Virus record (IMG/VR): IMGVR_UViG_3300011584_000017 | Coordinates: 1 to 35,849 of that record | Length of the DNA stretch: 35,849 bases | DNA from: a virus | Lineage: Duplodnaviria; Heunggongvirae; Uroviricota; Caudoviricetes | Reading direction: 5' to 3' (one strand) | In this document: positions 1-9,608 of the stretch, one piece after another | Numbering within the stretch: position 1 is the first letter of the stretch | Layout: each line of letters opens with the position of its first letter | The notes under the pieces: model-generated | The model's input: the letters and a program-made list of their open reading frames with translations, nothing else | Database searches by the model: none | What the model was told of the DNA's origin: nothing | Program-made: the position numbers and the translations under genes

Positions 1-483
1 ATGACGAAGAAAAAAGCACATAAACCTGGTTCAGCGACCATCGCGCTTAACAAGCGCGCCCGTCACGAATACTTTATCGAAGAAGAGTTCGAAGCGGGAC
101 TTGCCCTGCAAGGCTGGGAAGTTAAATCCCTGCGCGCAGGAAAAGCCAATATCAGCGACAGCTACGTCCTTCTGCGTGACGGAGAGGCATTTCTGTTTGG
201 CGCTAACATCACGCCAATGGCCGTGGCCTCCACGCATGTGGTGTGCGACCCTACCCGTACCCGCAAGTTACTTCTCAACCAGCGCGAACTGGACTCATTG
301 TACGGTCGCGTCAATCGAGAAGGCTATACCGTAGTGGCGCTCTCCCTGTACTGGAAAAATGCCTGGTGCAAAGTGAAAATCGGCGTCGCCAAAGGTAAGA
401 AACAGCACGATAAACGTTCAGATATCAAAGAGCGCGAATGGCAGGTAGATAAAGCGCGTATCATGAAAAACGCCCACCGTTAA
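1..483 (+). CDS. smpB: SsrA-binding protein SmpB
   Basis: 160-aa ORF; sequence recognised from memory as enterobacterial SmpB; immediately upstream of the tmRNA gene, the conserved smpB-ssrA arrangement. Confidence 0.96.
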
Positions 484-697
484 ACCTGCACTCCAATTAT
501 TGACCAGTTCCTCACCGCGCCTCCCTCTCCGGCGGCGCGAATGAACATCTTATTGGCTATCACATCCGACACAAATGTTGCCATCCCATTGCTTAATCGA
601 ATAAAAATCAGGCTACATGGGTGCTAAATCTTTAACGATAACGCCATTGAGGCTGGTCATGGCGCTCATAAATCTGGTATACTTACCTTTACACATT

Positions 698-1060
698 GGG
701 GCTGATTCTGGATTCGACGGGATTTGCGAAACCCAAGGTGCATGCCGAGGGGCGGTTGGCCTCGTAAAAAGCCGCAAAAAATAGTCGCAAACGACGAAAA
801 CTACGCTTTAGCAGCTTAATAACCTGCTTAGAGCCCTCTCTCCCTAGCCTCCGCTCTTAGGACGGGGATCAAGAGAGGTCAAACCCAAAAGAGATCGCGT
901 GGAAGCCCTGCCTGGGGTTGAAGCGTTAAAACTTAATCAGGCTAGTTTGTTAGTGGCGTGTCCGTCCGCAGCTGGCAAGCGAATGTAAAGACTGACTAAG
1001 CATGTAGTACCGAGGATGTAGGAATTTCGGACGCGGGTTCAACTCCCGCCAGCTCCACCA
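698..1060 (+). ncRNA. ssrA: tmRNA (transfer-messenger RNA, SsrA)
   Basis: Starts GGGGCTGATTCTGGATTCGACGG (tRNA-like 5' end) and ends ...GGTTCAACTCCCGCCAGCTCCACCA; internal tag reading frame at 787-819 encodes ANDENYALAA followed by TAA; about 363 nt. Confidence 0.96.
787..819 (+). other. tmRNA mRNA-like domain: proteolysis tag reading frame (ANDENYALAA-stop)
   Basis: GCA AAC GAC GAA AAC TAC GCT TTA GCA GCT TAA read directly inside the tmRNA. Confidence 0.9.
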
Positions 1061-1070
1061 AATAAATCAA

Positions 1071-1103
1071 GGGGTTACGTGAAAGCGTAGCCCCTTTTTC
1101 TTT
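1071..1103 (+). terminator. Rho-independent terminator of ssrA
   Basis: Hairpin ggggttacg-tgaaag-cgtagcccc (one G-U pair) followed by TTTTTCTTT, 10 nt after the tmRNA CCA end. Confidence 0.75.
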
Positions 1104-1183
1104 GGTAATGGCGGCAAAATGGCGACAGACTTTTGCGTCCATCTTGCCTGTCGCCATCTTGAAATCATGCAAAGAGGTTTCAC

Positions 1184-1666
1184 ATGGAAGAACTTCACTT
1201 TGTTTACATCAATGCAAATGGTCGTATCGCTGTTCACTCTATACAGAGCATCAGTTATAGCGAAAATCATATACAGGGCATTTGTAAGAACACCGATCGA
1301 ATAAAAACCTTCCGAAAAGACTGCATTCTTAAACAGTACGATTCACCAGAACAAGCCATTCAGGAATGCGCGTCATTCCTCCCCGAAAGCTACTCACATC
1401 TCACTAAGCAGTCTGGTCCGAAAAAAAATACATTCGATGTATGTTTCACCGGATTTAAGAAAGCAGATAAAGAAAGATTGGTTGATAAGGCGAATGAACA
1501 AGGATTAACGGTAAGAACCTCTGTAACCCAAAGCCTTCAGATGCTCTGTTGCGGTTACAATGCAGGCCCATCAAAAGTATCGGCAGCCCGGATGAAAGGC
1601 ACAATCATCATAGATGAGCCTGGCTTTATACATTTTCTTGAAACGGGTGAGATCCCAGATGAATAA
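1184..1666 (+). CDS. Hypothetical protein with C-terminal BRCT-like domain (prophage cargo next to the attachment site)
   Basis: 160-aa ORF, AT-rich, RBS agagg 8 nt before ATG. The C-terminal ~75 aa (VCFTGF...GLTVRTSVTQSLQMLCCGYNAGPSKVSAARMKGTIIIDEPGFIHFL) follows the pattern of the BRCT domain of NAD-dependent DNA ligase; the N-terminal half is possibly WYL/SH3-like (weak). Confidence 0.6.
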   Translation: MEELHFVYINANGRIAVHSIQSISYSENHIQGICKNTDRIKTFRKDCILKQYDSPEQAIQECASFLPESYSHLTKQSGPKKNTFDVCFTGFKKADKERLVDKANEQGLTVRTSVTQSLQMLCCGYNAGPSKVSAARMKGTIIIDEPGFIHFLETGEIPDE

Positions 1667-1690
1667 AAACCTGCCGTAGCAGGTTCTCTT
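1661..1690. terminator. Hairpin terminator between the convergent BRCT-like ORF and ogr (strongest for the minus strand)
   Basis: Stem aacctgc-cgta-gcaggtt at 1668-1685; on the minus strand it is followed by TTTTATT. Confidence 0.5.
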
Positions 1691-1692
1691 TC

Positions 1693-1911
1693 TCAAAAAT
1701 TCATATGCCCCTGACCACCTGGCAATGGATGTGGAGGAGCAGTAGCAATCAGTGCGGGTGTCACAATAAACCGGACCACTGTTTCATGGGTAACAAAAGT
1801 GCTCCCGCAGTTAATATTTTGGCACTGGCAGTAACGCTCTTTGGTGCTTTCAGTTACTTGAAAACTGCTCCTTGTGTGTGCCGCATGACCACACTTTGGA
1901 CAATTCATCAT
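1693..1911 (-). CDS. ogr: Late-gene transcriptional activator Ogr (Cys4 zinc finger)
   Basis: 72-aa product from the internal ATG at 1911 (MMNCPKCGHAAH...CQCQNINC...HPLPGGQ); CxxC...CxxxxC zinc-finger pattern and overall similarity to P2 Ogr; located after D as in P2. Confidence 0.85.
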   Translation of the reverse strand: MMNCPKCGHAAHTRSSFQVTESTKERYCQCQNINCGSTFVTHETVVRFIVTPALIATAPPHPLPGGQGHMNF

Positions 1912-1979
1912 ATCCAGATCCCTACCTTTGCTATCAGAATCATTGTAATGATACACAAAATATCAATATTGAGAACACT

Positions 1980-3080
1980 TTATTCCATTTCAAGATCATC
2001 AATCTTCACTTCGAGTTCAATACTGGTTGTAAAACCGTTATCCGGGCTGACGGTATGTGTCAGAGTCGTAATGGTCCATTCCGCATCATCTATCGGCTGT
2101 TTAAAACCACTGACCTTCACAGGCATTTCCGTGTAGAGATCTGCCCGCCCTTCTGCCAGTTGTAGCGAGAATGACGCAACGCCACGTTGCAGGCGTTCCC
2201 ACTGCATTTTCGCCGCCCGTTCGGCGTTGCTCCGGTTGGCATAGGTGCGATTAAGTACCAGCACGTTTTCATCTGTACCCACCAGGTAATCGCCCTGCTT
2301 CGCTTCCGGCTCTTTCTTCTGCTTCTTAGTCCTGCGCTTACGCTTCACCGTGGTGCTTTCTTTCTTCGCGGGTTCGCGGGTATGCAACCAGCTGGCAATT
2401 ACGCCCGTGTAGGCTCCGCGATCTGCCAGGGTAAAGCGGTGACTGTCGCCGTCCTTACGTGTGATAGTGATAACCGGTAGTGGTTTACCGCTGGCGCTTT
2501 TACCCTGTCCCTGCCGGATGAATAACAGATTGCCATTTTTCACCGACGCAATAGCACCGTACTGGCGCGCCAGCCGCATCAGAAAACTGCCGTCACTCTC
2601 ATTGGTCTGGTCTATATGCTCCACAGGTTTATCCGACAGGTCTTTACCCAGTGCCATCTTCAGTTTGTGCCGCACAGCTATTTCCTTCACCACTTCCCCA
2701 ACGGTGGTCTTGTGCCACGATTTTTCACGGCGGATATTCAGGGTTTCACGAAAATCAGCACTTCGCGCCCGGATAGTCAGGCGGTCCGGTGCGCCAGTGT
2801 GTTCAATCTCGTCCACCGTGAATGCTCCTTTCGGGAAAAGCGACTGCCCCTTCCAGCCCAACGCCAGCGTAATGACCGCACCACGGCGCGGCAGCACGAT
2901 TTTTCCGTCGGCGTCGTCCAGCTCCAGATCAAGCTGGTCCGCTTCAAAGCCCCGATTGTCCGTCAGCGTCAGACTCATCAGGCGGTTATCCAGCACAGTG
3001 GTGATATCCTTACCCTCAATACTGATGCTGAATGCCGGAGTTTTGTTGCCTTTGTTAAGCAGTTCAGAGCTGAAATTCAC
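1980..3080 (-). CDS. D: Tail protein D (late gene D product)
   Basis: 366-aa ORF in the P2 gpD position after U; GTG start overlapping the U stop (GTGA). Confidence 0.85.
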   Translation of the reverse strand: MNFSSELLNKGNKTPAFSISIEGKDITTVLDNRLMSLTLTDNRGFEADQLDLELDDADGKIVLPRRGAVITLALGWKGQSLFPKGAFTVDEIEHTGAPDRLTIRARSADFRETLNIRREKSWHKTTVGEVVKEIAVRHKLKMALGKDLSDKPVEHIDQTNESDGSFLMRLARQYGAIASVKNGNLLFIRQGQGKSASGKPLPVITITRKDGDSHRFTLADRGAYTGVIASWLHTREPAKKESTTVKRKRRTKKQKKEPEAKQGDYLVGTDENVLVLNRTYANRSNAERAAKMQWERLQRGVASFSLQLAEGRADLYTEMPVKVSGFKQPIDDAEWTITTLTHTVSPDNGFTTSIELEVKIDDLEME

Positions 3081-3562
3081 GACAGCAGCCCTCCCACCGT
3101 TTTACTGATATCGCTTAAGGCAGACGTTGTCGTATCCTGCAAATTATTCAGCTGCGCACTGAGATCACCGAACATATCGGACAGGGATTCATCCACCCGT
3201 TTGAGCGACAGGGTGAACTCAATCCGGCGCGGCATACCATCGCGGAAAAACTCCGTTTTAGTCTGATTCAGTCCCTCAATCACATACATGCCGTAAATCG
3301 TGCCGCTGCCTTCAATCAGGGGCCATGCTTTCCCCTGTTCTGCCATCTGCTCCAGTGCCAGCAACGACAGCCTGCCGCCTGTTATTTCCGGCATAAGAAC
3401 ACCGGAAAGCGTCAGCATGTCGTTTTCCGGTCCCAGAAACTGCGTGGACGGACGTCGGTTTACCCGACTGTTTGCCGCATGTCGCCAGCTGCGTTGATAC
3501 TGCAGTTCCTGATACGGAACGGTGCGCAGCATAAACACGTACAATCCCAGCACCATCATCAT
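3077..3562 (-). CDS. U: Tail protein U
   Basis: 161-aa ORF, size and position of P2 gpU between T and D. Confidence 0.85.
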   Translation of the reverse strand: MMMVLGLYVFMLRTVPYQELQYQRSWRHAANSRVNRRPSTQFLGPENDMLTLSGVLMPEITGGRLSLLALEQMAEQGKAWPLIEGSGTIYGMYVIEGLNQTKTEFFRDGMPRRIEFTLSLKRVDESLSDMFGDLSAQLNNLQDTTTSALSDISKTVGGLLS

Positions 3563-6500
3563 GCGTCGTATCCCCCCTGATCGCTGTAGTTACTCCTGGC
3601 TTTTGCCTTCAGCCTGCGTTCACGTTCATCAAGCTGGCGTGCCACCTCCCGCGCAATATCCTGCGCACTTTGTCCTGGCTGCGTCTGAATGATGATCTGC
3701 GTCGGTGCCTCAATCCGTTGAACGAGCGGCACAGTGGCTGCGCGACTCACAATTGCTTCTCCACCTTTCGCGGGAAGTGCCAAAGGGTGCAACGGTGGAA
3801 GCTCTGCTGGCGCGGCAGCAACGCCCATCATTCCGGCAACAACGGCAGCCAGTGCAGCTGTATTTCTCCGGCTGGTCACATTTGCCGGGCCGTTAACAAT
3901 TTCCGGCCCGTTTTCACCGACGATGCCAAACTGCCCGCGCGGGATATCCCCGCCGCTGTCATACATCCCCGCAAAGCCATATCCCCATGATGGAAAACCA
4001 CCCGATGGCATCATCACTTTACCGTCTGCATTCACCGTCGCAGGTTGCTGACGCGTCACTCTTTCCGGCAGTTTCGCCTTTGCAGCCTCTTTACTGACAA
4101 TGCCGAGTTTCTCCAGCAACCAGGAAACGCCGGATTTCAGGGAGTCCAGCGGATGCATGACCATATTCAGCCCTTCCGCCAGTGCCTCCCCGAATCGCCG
4201 CCCCATTGCCGCTGCACTCTGCAGTTCGGCAGAGGTCGACTTAACGGGCGTCAGCAGATCAGTAAACCAGCCCCACAGCGCCTGTACTTTGTCGCCAATC
4301 CACTGGAACACTGGCTTAAGCGGTTCGAATGCTGCACTGACGGGACCTGCCGCCGCTTTGAATCCTTCCACCACGCCACCAAGAAATGCGGTGATGGGTT
4401 GCCAGTATTTCCAGACAACCAGCGCCACGCCCGCCAGTGCAGTAACCACAAGACCTATCGGACTGAGCAGAGCACCTAACAGACCAGATACGGCATACAG
4501 GGCAACGCGCAGCATCGCCAGTGGACCAGATGCCAGTATTCGCAGCACCGTGCCTGCGGAGGCCAGTCCACCGCGCAGTACCGCCAGAGGATTCATAAAC
4601 ATCACAGCAACAGCACGTAAACCGGATAATCCAGACCGCAAAAGTGCAACCGGCGCACCTGCTACAGTTTTCAGGACATTTCCCGTCAGTGATGCCGTGC
4701 GGCGCAAAGACGACAACGGCGCAGTAAGTAAACCTGCGGCGTTGCCCGATGAAGCAAGCCCGCGTCGCAGCAGTGCAAGTGGTGCGCCAGCCAACCAGGA
4801 CAACGCGCTGCTGGTTCGCGTTACTGCTGCCGTAACGGAAGGTAACGTTTTGATACCCAGCACAGAGAATCCCAGACGGATGACTGCCAGCGGCCCCAGC
4901 ACAGCAGCCAACACCACAGCCAGGGTGCCGAGGCCCACAGTAACAGCAGCCACAACCGCTGCTACTTTCATCAGTGTGCCCGTCAGTTCAGGGTTAGCTT
5001 CCACCCAGCGACGCAACGCCCCCGTGATGCTTTTCACCGTGTACAGAATATCCATCAGCGGCTGGCGCAGCGTTTCGCCCAGGCTGCTGAAGGTGTTCTG
5101 CGCTCCGGTTTTGACCAGCAACCACTGCGCAGAAAGTGAGTCCTTGTTAATGTCGGATTCTTTCTGCATCGAACCGAGCGCATCATTGCCCGCTGTCAGT
5201 TTTAGCTGGCGCTGCAGTTCCGGCAGGTTGTTTGCCAGTTTCGCCGCATCATCGCCAAACTCTTTACCAAACAACATGGTCATGGCAGACAGGCGCTTAT
5301 CCTGCGGCAGTGCATTCACCTTCTCCAGTACGCGCTGGATAGTTCCCATCGCATCCTTCGTCATCTGCTTTTCAATCACTTCAGGATTGAGTTTCAGCAG
5401 ATTCATTCCTTCAAAGAAACTCTTGCTTTGCATGGTCGCAATGGACAATTCACGCACCATCGCGTTGGCAGCACTGGCAGCGACCTCCGGCGCAGCACCC
5501 AGTGTCAGGAAGGTGGAACCCAGCGCCGCCGCTTTACGATAATCCAGACGATCAGCCACACCGCCCAGGCGTTGCATGACATCAATGATGTCTGCCCCTT
5601 TCGACATAGCGTTATCATCCAGATAGTTCAGCGCATCACCGAGCTGTTCAATATTGCGGGTTGGTATTTTGTAGAGCTGGGCGATTTTCCCCAGACTTTC
5701 TGACAGTTCATCCGCTGGCAGCTCAAAGGCTGTTGCCGCCTTTGCTGCCGTACTGGCGAAGGCCAGCAGGTCACGTTTCTGGTCCTCCCAGCTGTCGTCA
5801 GGGTTTGCCACATTCATGCGCGCACCACCTTCAACCAGTGCGGCGAAGTCCACAGCACCGTTTTCCATTGGCAGCTGTTCACTGGCAGCTTTGATGGCAT
5901 CCTGCATTTCGTAAAAACGCGCAGTGCGGTTGCCATTATCGTCACGCAGACCATTGACCTGCTTTGCCACACCTTTCATGGCATCTTCCATGCTGGTATA
6001 GCTTTTTACCGCCGCCATCACTGGCGCGCCCATTGCCAGCCCTGCAGCCGTGGTGGTGGCTCCGGCTCCTGCGATGCGATCGCGCACTTCAAGCCGTCTT
6101 GAGTATTGTTCTCTGGCAGCGTTCATCCGTGCCTGTTGTTCACCCAGACGTTTAAGTGCTTTTTGCTGGCCCTCCAGTGCCTGACGAGTTTCTTCGGCAT
6201 TTTTCTTAAGTTCTCGCTGGGCACTACTGAGTTGTCTGGTATCAATCCCTGATTCTTTAAGTGCCTGACGTTGTCTCTGGACCGCCCCCAACAAGCCGTT
6301 ATAGGTCTGCTGAAGTTCCTGTACTCGTGTTTTGGCCTGACTGAATAACTTTGCCTGCGCGGCGGTTGGCCTGTTAGTGGCAGCAAATTGTGTGGCGAGT
6401 TTTGCCGCCTCTTCGCGGGCTGCGTTCAGGTTGTTGGCTGTTATGGCTAGTTGCGAGCGCGTCTTACGAAATTCATCAATTCTGCCAGCCTGCTTATTCA

Positions 6501-6636
6501 GTTCTTTGAGGCTGTTTCGGGTATTCTGAATTGCGCCAGCCAGCTCTTTCGAACTGGCCTGTGCAGCACGGAATGGGCGGGTGAGTTTGTCAACCGCATT
6601 AAGAATGACCTGCAGGCGCAGGTTATTATCACTCAT
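3559..6636 (-). CDS. T: Tail tape measure protein T
   Basis: 1025-aa ORF with Ala/Gln-rich coiled-coil N-terminal half and hydrophobic Gly/Ala-rich segments; immediately downstream of E/E'. Confidence 0.9.
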   Translation of the reverse strand: MSDNNLRLQVILNAVDKLTRPFRAAQASSKELAGAIQNTRNSLKELNKQAGRIDEFRKTRSQLAITANNLNAAREEAAKLATQFAATNRPTAAQAKLFSQAKTRVQELQQTYNGLLGAVQRQRQALKESGIDTRQLSSAQRELKKNAEETRQALEGQQKALKRLGEQQARMNAAREQYSRRLEVRDRIAGAGATTTAAGLAMGAPVMAAVKSYTSMEDAMKGVAKQVNGLRDDNGNRTARFYEMQDAIKAASEQLPMENGAVDFAALVEGGARMNVANPDDSWEDQKRDLLAFASTAAKAATAFELPADELSESLGKIAQLYKIPTRNIEQLGDALNYLDDNAMSKGADIIDVMQRLGGVADRLDYRKAAALGSTFLTLGAAPEVAASAANAMVRELSIATMQSKSFFEGMNLLKLNPEVIEKQMTKDAMGTIQRVLEKVNALPQDKRLSAMTMLFGKEFGDDAAKLANNLPELQRQLKLTAGNDALGSMQKESDINKDSLSAQWLLVKTGAQNTFSSLGETLRQPLMDILYTVKSITGALRRWVEANPELTGTLMKVAAVVAAVTVGLGTLAVVLAAVLGPLAVIRLGFSVLGIKTLPSVTAAVTRTSSALSWLAGAPLALLRRGLASSGNAAGLLTAPLSSLRRTASLTGNVLKTVAGAPVALLRSGLSGLRAVAVMFMNPLAVLRGGLASAGTVLRILASGPLAMLRVALYAVSGLLGALLSPIGLVVTALAGVALVVWKYWQPITAFLGGVVEGFKAAAGPVSAAFEPLKPVFQWIGDKVQALWGWFTDLLTPVKSTSAELQSAAAMGRRFGEALAEGLNMVMHPLDSLKSGVSWLLEKLGIVSKEAAKAKLPERVTRQQPATVNADGKVMMPSGGFPSWGYGFAGMYDSGGDIPRGQFGIVGENGPEIVNGPANVTSRRNTAALAAVVAGMMGVAAAPAELPPLHPLALPAKGGEAIVSRAATVPLVQRIEAPTQIIIQTQPGQSAQDIAREVARQLDERERRLKAKARSNYSDQGGYDA

Positions 6637-7065
6637 CGTTGGCCCCGCTTCTCTGAATCGCTTTATACCGCCATTCCAGCACTTCGGTCAGCGGCATAAC
6701 GTCAGTAACGGATGGCGGCCAGTGAAAGATGGTGGCGATATCAGCCACCAGATCGTCAACCGTCAGGCTGTCGGTAAACCGGCAAGCACCGACTTCTTCA
6801 ACAAAAAAGTGACAACCTCAACCGACATGGCAGTGAGATCTGCCGGGTCCATCTCTGCAATTTCCTGTGCAGTCAGTGCCGGACTGGAGATGCGGGGGAT
6901 CACGGTCATCATCGCGTTCACATCCATATCCATAATGGCCTGCAGGCGTGTACCGCGCAGCGCACCGGACTGCGGTTTACGCAGCACAATTTCGGTGATT
7001 TCTGTTTTACCGCGCTTGATGGGGGTATCCAGTTGAATAGTCTTTTCAGTCTGCTTATCGCTCAT
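6629..7065 (-). CDS. Tail assembly chaperone E+E' (product of programmed -1 ribosomal frameshift)
   Basis: After a -1 slip at TTTTTTG (plus-strand 6802-6808) the reading frame stays open for 58 codons and stops at 6629-6631, overlapping the T start codon (6634-6636), the same layout as P2 E/E'. Confidence 0.6.
6763..7065 (-). CDS. E: Tail assembly chaperone E
   Basis: 100-aa ORF between FII and T, ATG at 7065; contains the slippery heptamer T_TTT_TTG near its 3' end. Confidence 0.85.
   Translation of the reverse strand: MSDKQTEKTIQLDTPIKRGKTEITEIVLRKPQSGALRGTRLQAIMDMDVNAMMTVIPRISSPALTAQEIAEMDPADLTAMSVEVVTFLLKKSVLAGLPTA
6802..6808 (-). promoter_or_regulatory. -1 frameshift slippery site T_TTT_TTG (E to E')
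   Basis: Heptamer in the E zero frame (ACT TTT TTG) 13 codons before the E stop. Confidence 0.6.
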
Positions 7066-7119
7066 TTTGCTGTCCTGTAAATTGGGTTCTGGCGCGGTAT
7101 CCCGCGCCGTTCAGATACA

Positions 7120-7635
7120 TCAGAGGCCGAGGGCGTTGCGGTGCGCTTCCATCAGGTCCACACCGTCCACAATTTCCACCATGTTGATAAGGTCCACTTC
7201 ATAGAGCACCTCACCATTTATAGTCAGCTTCGCGTAGCTGTTGGTACTGGTCACTTTGGTGGTGTTGCTTTCGCCCGTCTTCCACTCGCCGGAATCCACT
7301 TCTTTGTGACGTCCACGCACCACAAGCTCCACGGCCTGCACTTCCCCGGTATCGTCACGCTGGATAGAGCCGGTAAAGCGCAACTGGATACCATCCACCG
7401 TGGCTTTGCCCATCTGCTTAAACAGCAGCAGTTCAGTACCACCAATGGAAAATTCCGTATCCAGTGCGCCGTCATCCAGCCCCAGATCCACATCCACTGC
7501 ACCCGGCATTCCGCCGCCGCGATACTTCTCATATTTGCGGGTAAATTTCGGCAGCGTCAGCGACTCAACGATCCCCTGCCAGTTGTTCCCGTCATTAAAC
7601 AGGTTCAGGTGTTTTAATTTGCGTGGTAAAGCCAT
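7120..7635 (-). CDS. FII: Tail tube protein FII
   Basis: 171-aa ORF, size and position of P2 gpFII. Confidence 0.9.
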   Translation of the reverse strand: MALPRKLKHLNLFNDGNNWQGIVESLTLPKFTRKYEKYRGGGMPGAVDVDLGLDDGALDTEFSIGGTELLLFKQMGKATVDGIQLRFTGSIQRDDTGEVQAVELVVRGRHKEVDSGEWKTGESNTTKVTSTNSYAKLTINGEVLYEVDLINMVEIVDGVDLMEAHRNALGL

Positions 7636-7644
7636 GTTGTCCCC

Positions 7645-8817
7645 TTACGCGCTGACCTGGCTGGAGAAATTCACCAGGTACTGATCGGTGATGCGCTGAC
7701 GCAGCATCAGGTTTTCAAGTGGCGGCACTGGCGTGTAGTCGTAGTCGATGGTGAGTTTTCCGGCTTTCAGCGTGTCTTTGTCGTTCACCGACTCATCCAG
7801 CCAGCAATCACCACCAATGAGATAGCCCTGACTGACCAGGCTGCGCATTTTGGCGCGGATACCCTCGATAATGTCGCGGGCCAGCGACGGATTCAGCGGT
7901 TTATCCACCGCCCACATGTGCGCTTCTGCCATCGTGTCCGTCAGCACCTGCGCCGTGCGGGTGTAGTTTTCGAAGGCAAAGAGCGGGTCATCACTCAGGC
8001 AGCGGGAACCCCAGAAGCGGAAACCGTCTTTACGCACAAGCGTGGTGACGTCGTTCTGGTTCAGCAGACCTGCATCGGTTGCCGGGTCCTGCAGATCCCA
8101 GAACACATCTGCAGAAATTCCGGTGACACCGTTCACGCCCACGTTGGACAGGCTTTTGTGCCATCCGGTCTGCTCGTCAATTTTGGCGCGCAGACCAAGC
8201 GCACGGGCGGTGGCATATGCCGTTGCTTCGGCATTCAGCACCGTGTCCCAGCCAGTAAAGTCAGGCCAGATCAGCATCCCTTCGCGCTGGCTGAAGTTTT
8301 CGCGGTAAGTGATCGCCTCCTGCACTGTCTTGCAGCCATACGCTGACAGGTAAGCAAATCCACGCAGGCTTTGCGCCACGCTCAGCAACTCAGTAGCTAC
8401 CGCCTTGGTGTCGTGGCCTGGCACGCCGAGAATGCGCGGTTTAACGCCGAGCTGTGACTGGGCAGATAACAGGGCTTTCATACCTGTTTTTTTACCTTCA
8501 GCAGTCACTGCGCCGATGATATTGGTCGTGGTTTCGTCTTCCGTTTCACCCTGCGGCACACGCACAACAATGGTCACGGGTTTTGCCTGGTCAGCGATGG
8601 CATCCAGCGAACGGGCCAGAGTACCTGACTCACCCGCTTTACCGCTGGCAGTCAGCACATCAGTGATCAGCACGGGTTTATTAAGAGGAAACATTTTTGC
8701 ATCGGCATCATCGCCCGTGCAGACCATACCCACGATGGCGGTGCTCACCGTGGTAATAGATCGGGTGCCTTCGTTGACTTCAACAACGCGCACCCCGTGG
8801 TGGTAATCCTGAGCCAT
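7645..8817 (-). CDS. FI: Contractile tail sheath protein FI
   Basis: 390-aa ORF, size and position of P2 gpFI; first gene of the F operon. Confidence 0.9.
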   Translation of the reverse strand: MAQDYHHGVRVVEVNEGTRSITTVSTAIVGMVCTGDDADAKMFPLNKPVLITDVLTASGKAGESGTLARSLDAIADQAKPVTIVVRVPQGETEDETTTNIIGAVTAEGKKTGMKALLSAQSQLGVKPRILGVPGHDTKAVATELLSVAQSLRGFAYLSAYGCKTVQEAITYRENFSQREGMLIWPDFTGWDTVLNAEATAYATARALGLRAKIDEQTGWHKSLSNVGVNGVTGISADVFWDLQDPATDAGLLNQNDVTTLVRKDGFRFWGSRCLSDDPLFAFENYTRTAQVLTDTMAEAHMWAVDKPLNPSLARDIIEGIRAKMRSLVSQGYLIGGDCWLDESVNDKDTLKAGKLTIDYDYTPVPPLENLMLRQRITDQYLVNFSSQVSA

Positions 8818-8893
8818 AGTGGCGAACCTCCTGATTGGATTAGGCTTCGCCCTATGTTGAAGTGATTGTGCCTGACAAACAGCTAAGCGCAGT

Positions 8894-8911
8894 TGTGTCG
8901 TTATTCACACA
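8894..8911 (-). promoter_or_regulatory. Candidate Ogr-dependent late promoter element (TGT-N12-ACA) upstream of FI
   Basis: tgt-gtcgttattcac-aca, centred about 85 bp upstream of the FI start codon; matches the P2 late-promoter activator site consensus. Confidence 0.45.
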
Positions 8912-8959
8912 AAATAACGGTATTTGTCTGCTTGTAGGGATAATCAACATAATGCTGAT

Positions 8960-9526
8960 TCAGGGGGATTCATTGATCTTATTTGCCGGAAATTTTCTAT
9001 AAATGGTAGAAACGCCTACATCAAAAATCAGTGCAATACGCTGTATTGATTCTCCGGCCTCGAGTAAACGCCCAATCTGTGCCCACTGTTCGGTGGTCAA
9101 CTTAGGACGGCGTCCACCTACTCTGCCTTTGGCACGAGCTGCAGCCAGCCCTGCCCTGGTACGTTCAACTATCAGTTCGCGTTCCATTTCAGCCAGGGCA
9201 CCCATGACATGAAAAAAGAAACGGCCCATTGGGGTACTGGTATCAATACTGTCAGTCAGGCTTCTGAAATTCACACCACGCTGGCGCAACTCTTCTATCA
9301 GCGTAACAAGATGCCGCATACTGCGCCCCAACCTGTCCAGCTTCCAGACAACCAGCGTGTCTCCTGCCGATAGTGTCCTGAGTAGTTTTTTCAGCCCCGG
9401 TCTGTCGGACTTAGTGCCACTGATTTTGTCCTCAAAAATCCGCTCACATCCCGCGCAGTTCAGTGCATTACGTTGCAAATCGGTGTTCTGGTCATTTGTT
9501 GACACGCGTACATAGCCAATAAGCAT
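8960..9526 (-). CDS. Site-specific DNA invertase, serine recombinase (Gin/Pin/Cin/Hin family)
   Basis: MLIGYVRVSTNDQNTDLQRNAL...VVWKLDRLGRSM...FFFHVMGALAEMERELI...: near-identical in pattern to Mu Gin; the ORF track start at 9532 adds MI before the likely Gin-like start. Confidence 0.92.
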   Translation of the reverse strand: MLIGYVRVSTNDQNTDLQRNALNCAGCERIFEDKISGTKSDRPGLKKLLRTLSAGDTLVVWKLDRLGRSMRHLVTLIEELRQRGVNFRSLTDSIDTSTPMGRFFFHVMGALAEMERELIVERTRAGLAAARAKGRVGGRRPKLTTEQWAQIGRLLEAGESIQRIALIFDVGVSTIYRKFPANKINESP

Positions 9527-9532
9527 GATCAT

Positions 9533-9608
9533 CCCCCTGAATAAAAACCGGAGATGATGCCAGTTAGCTGTTACCTCTGCATTTTCTTAAACGTTGGTTT
9601 GGGAGAAG
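9533..9608. repeat. Left inverted repeat of the invertible segment (contains the 15-bp core ttggtttgggagaag)
   Basis: Perfect 76-bp reverse-complement match to 11490-11565. Confidence 0.85.

Noticed and set aside
2461-3266. Two ~215-aa plus-strand ORFs overlapping D and U
   Set aside because: Antisense shadows; Ser/Arg/Pro-rich composition typical of out-of-frame translation.
4100-5542. 480-aa plus-strand ORF (and neighbours 3670-4479) inside the tape measure gene
   Set aside because: Antisense shadow ORF of the long GC-rich T gene; Pro/Ala/Arg/Ser-rich low-complexity translation, no RBS context; T on the minus strand is the coherent gene.
7066-7119. GC-rich hairpin (ggcgcgg-tatc-ccgcgcc) between FII and E as a terminator
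   Set aside because: No U-run follows on the coding (minus) strand and the genes on both sides belong to one operon; at most an mRNA stability or attenuating structure.
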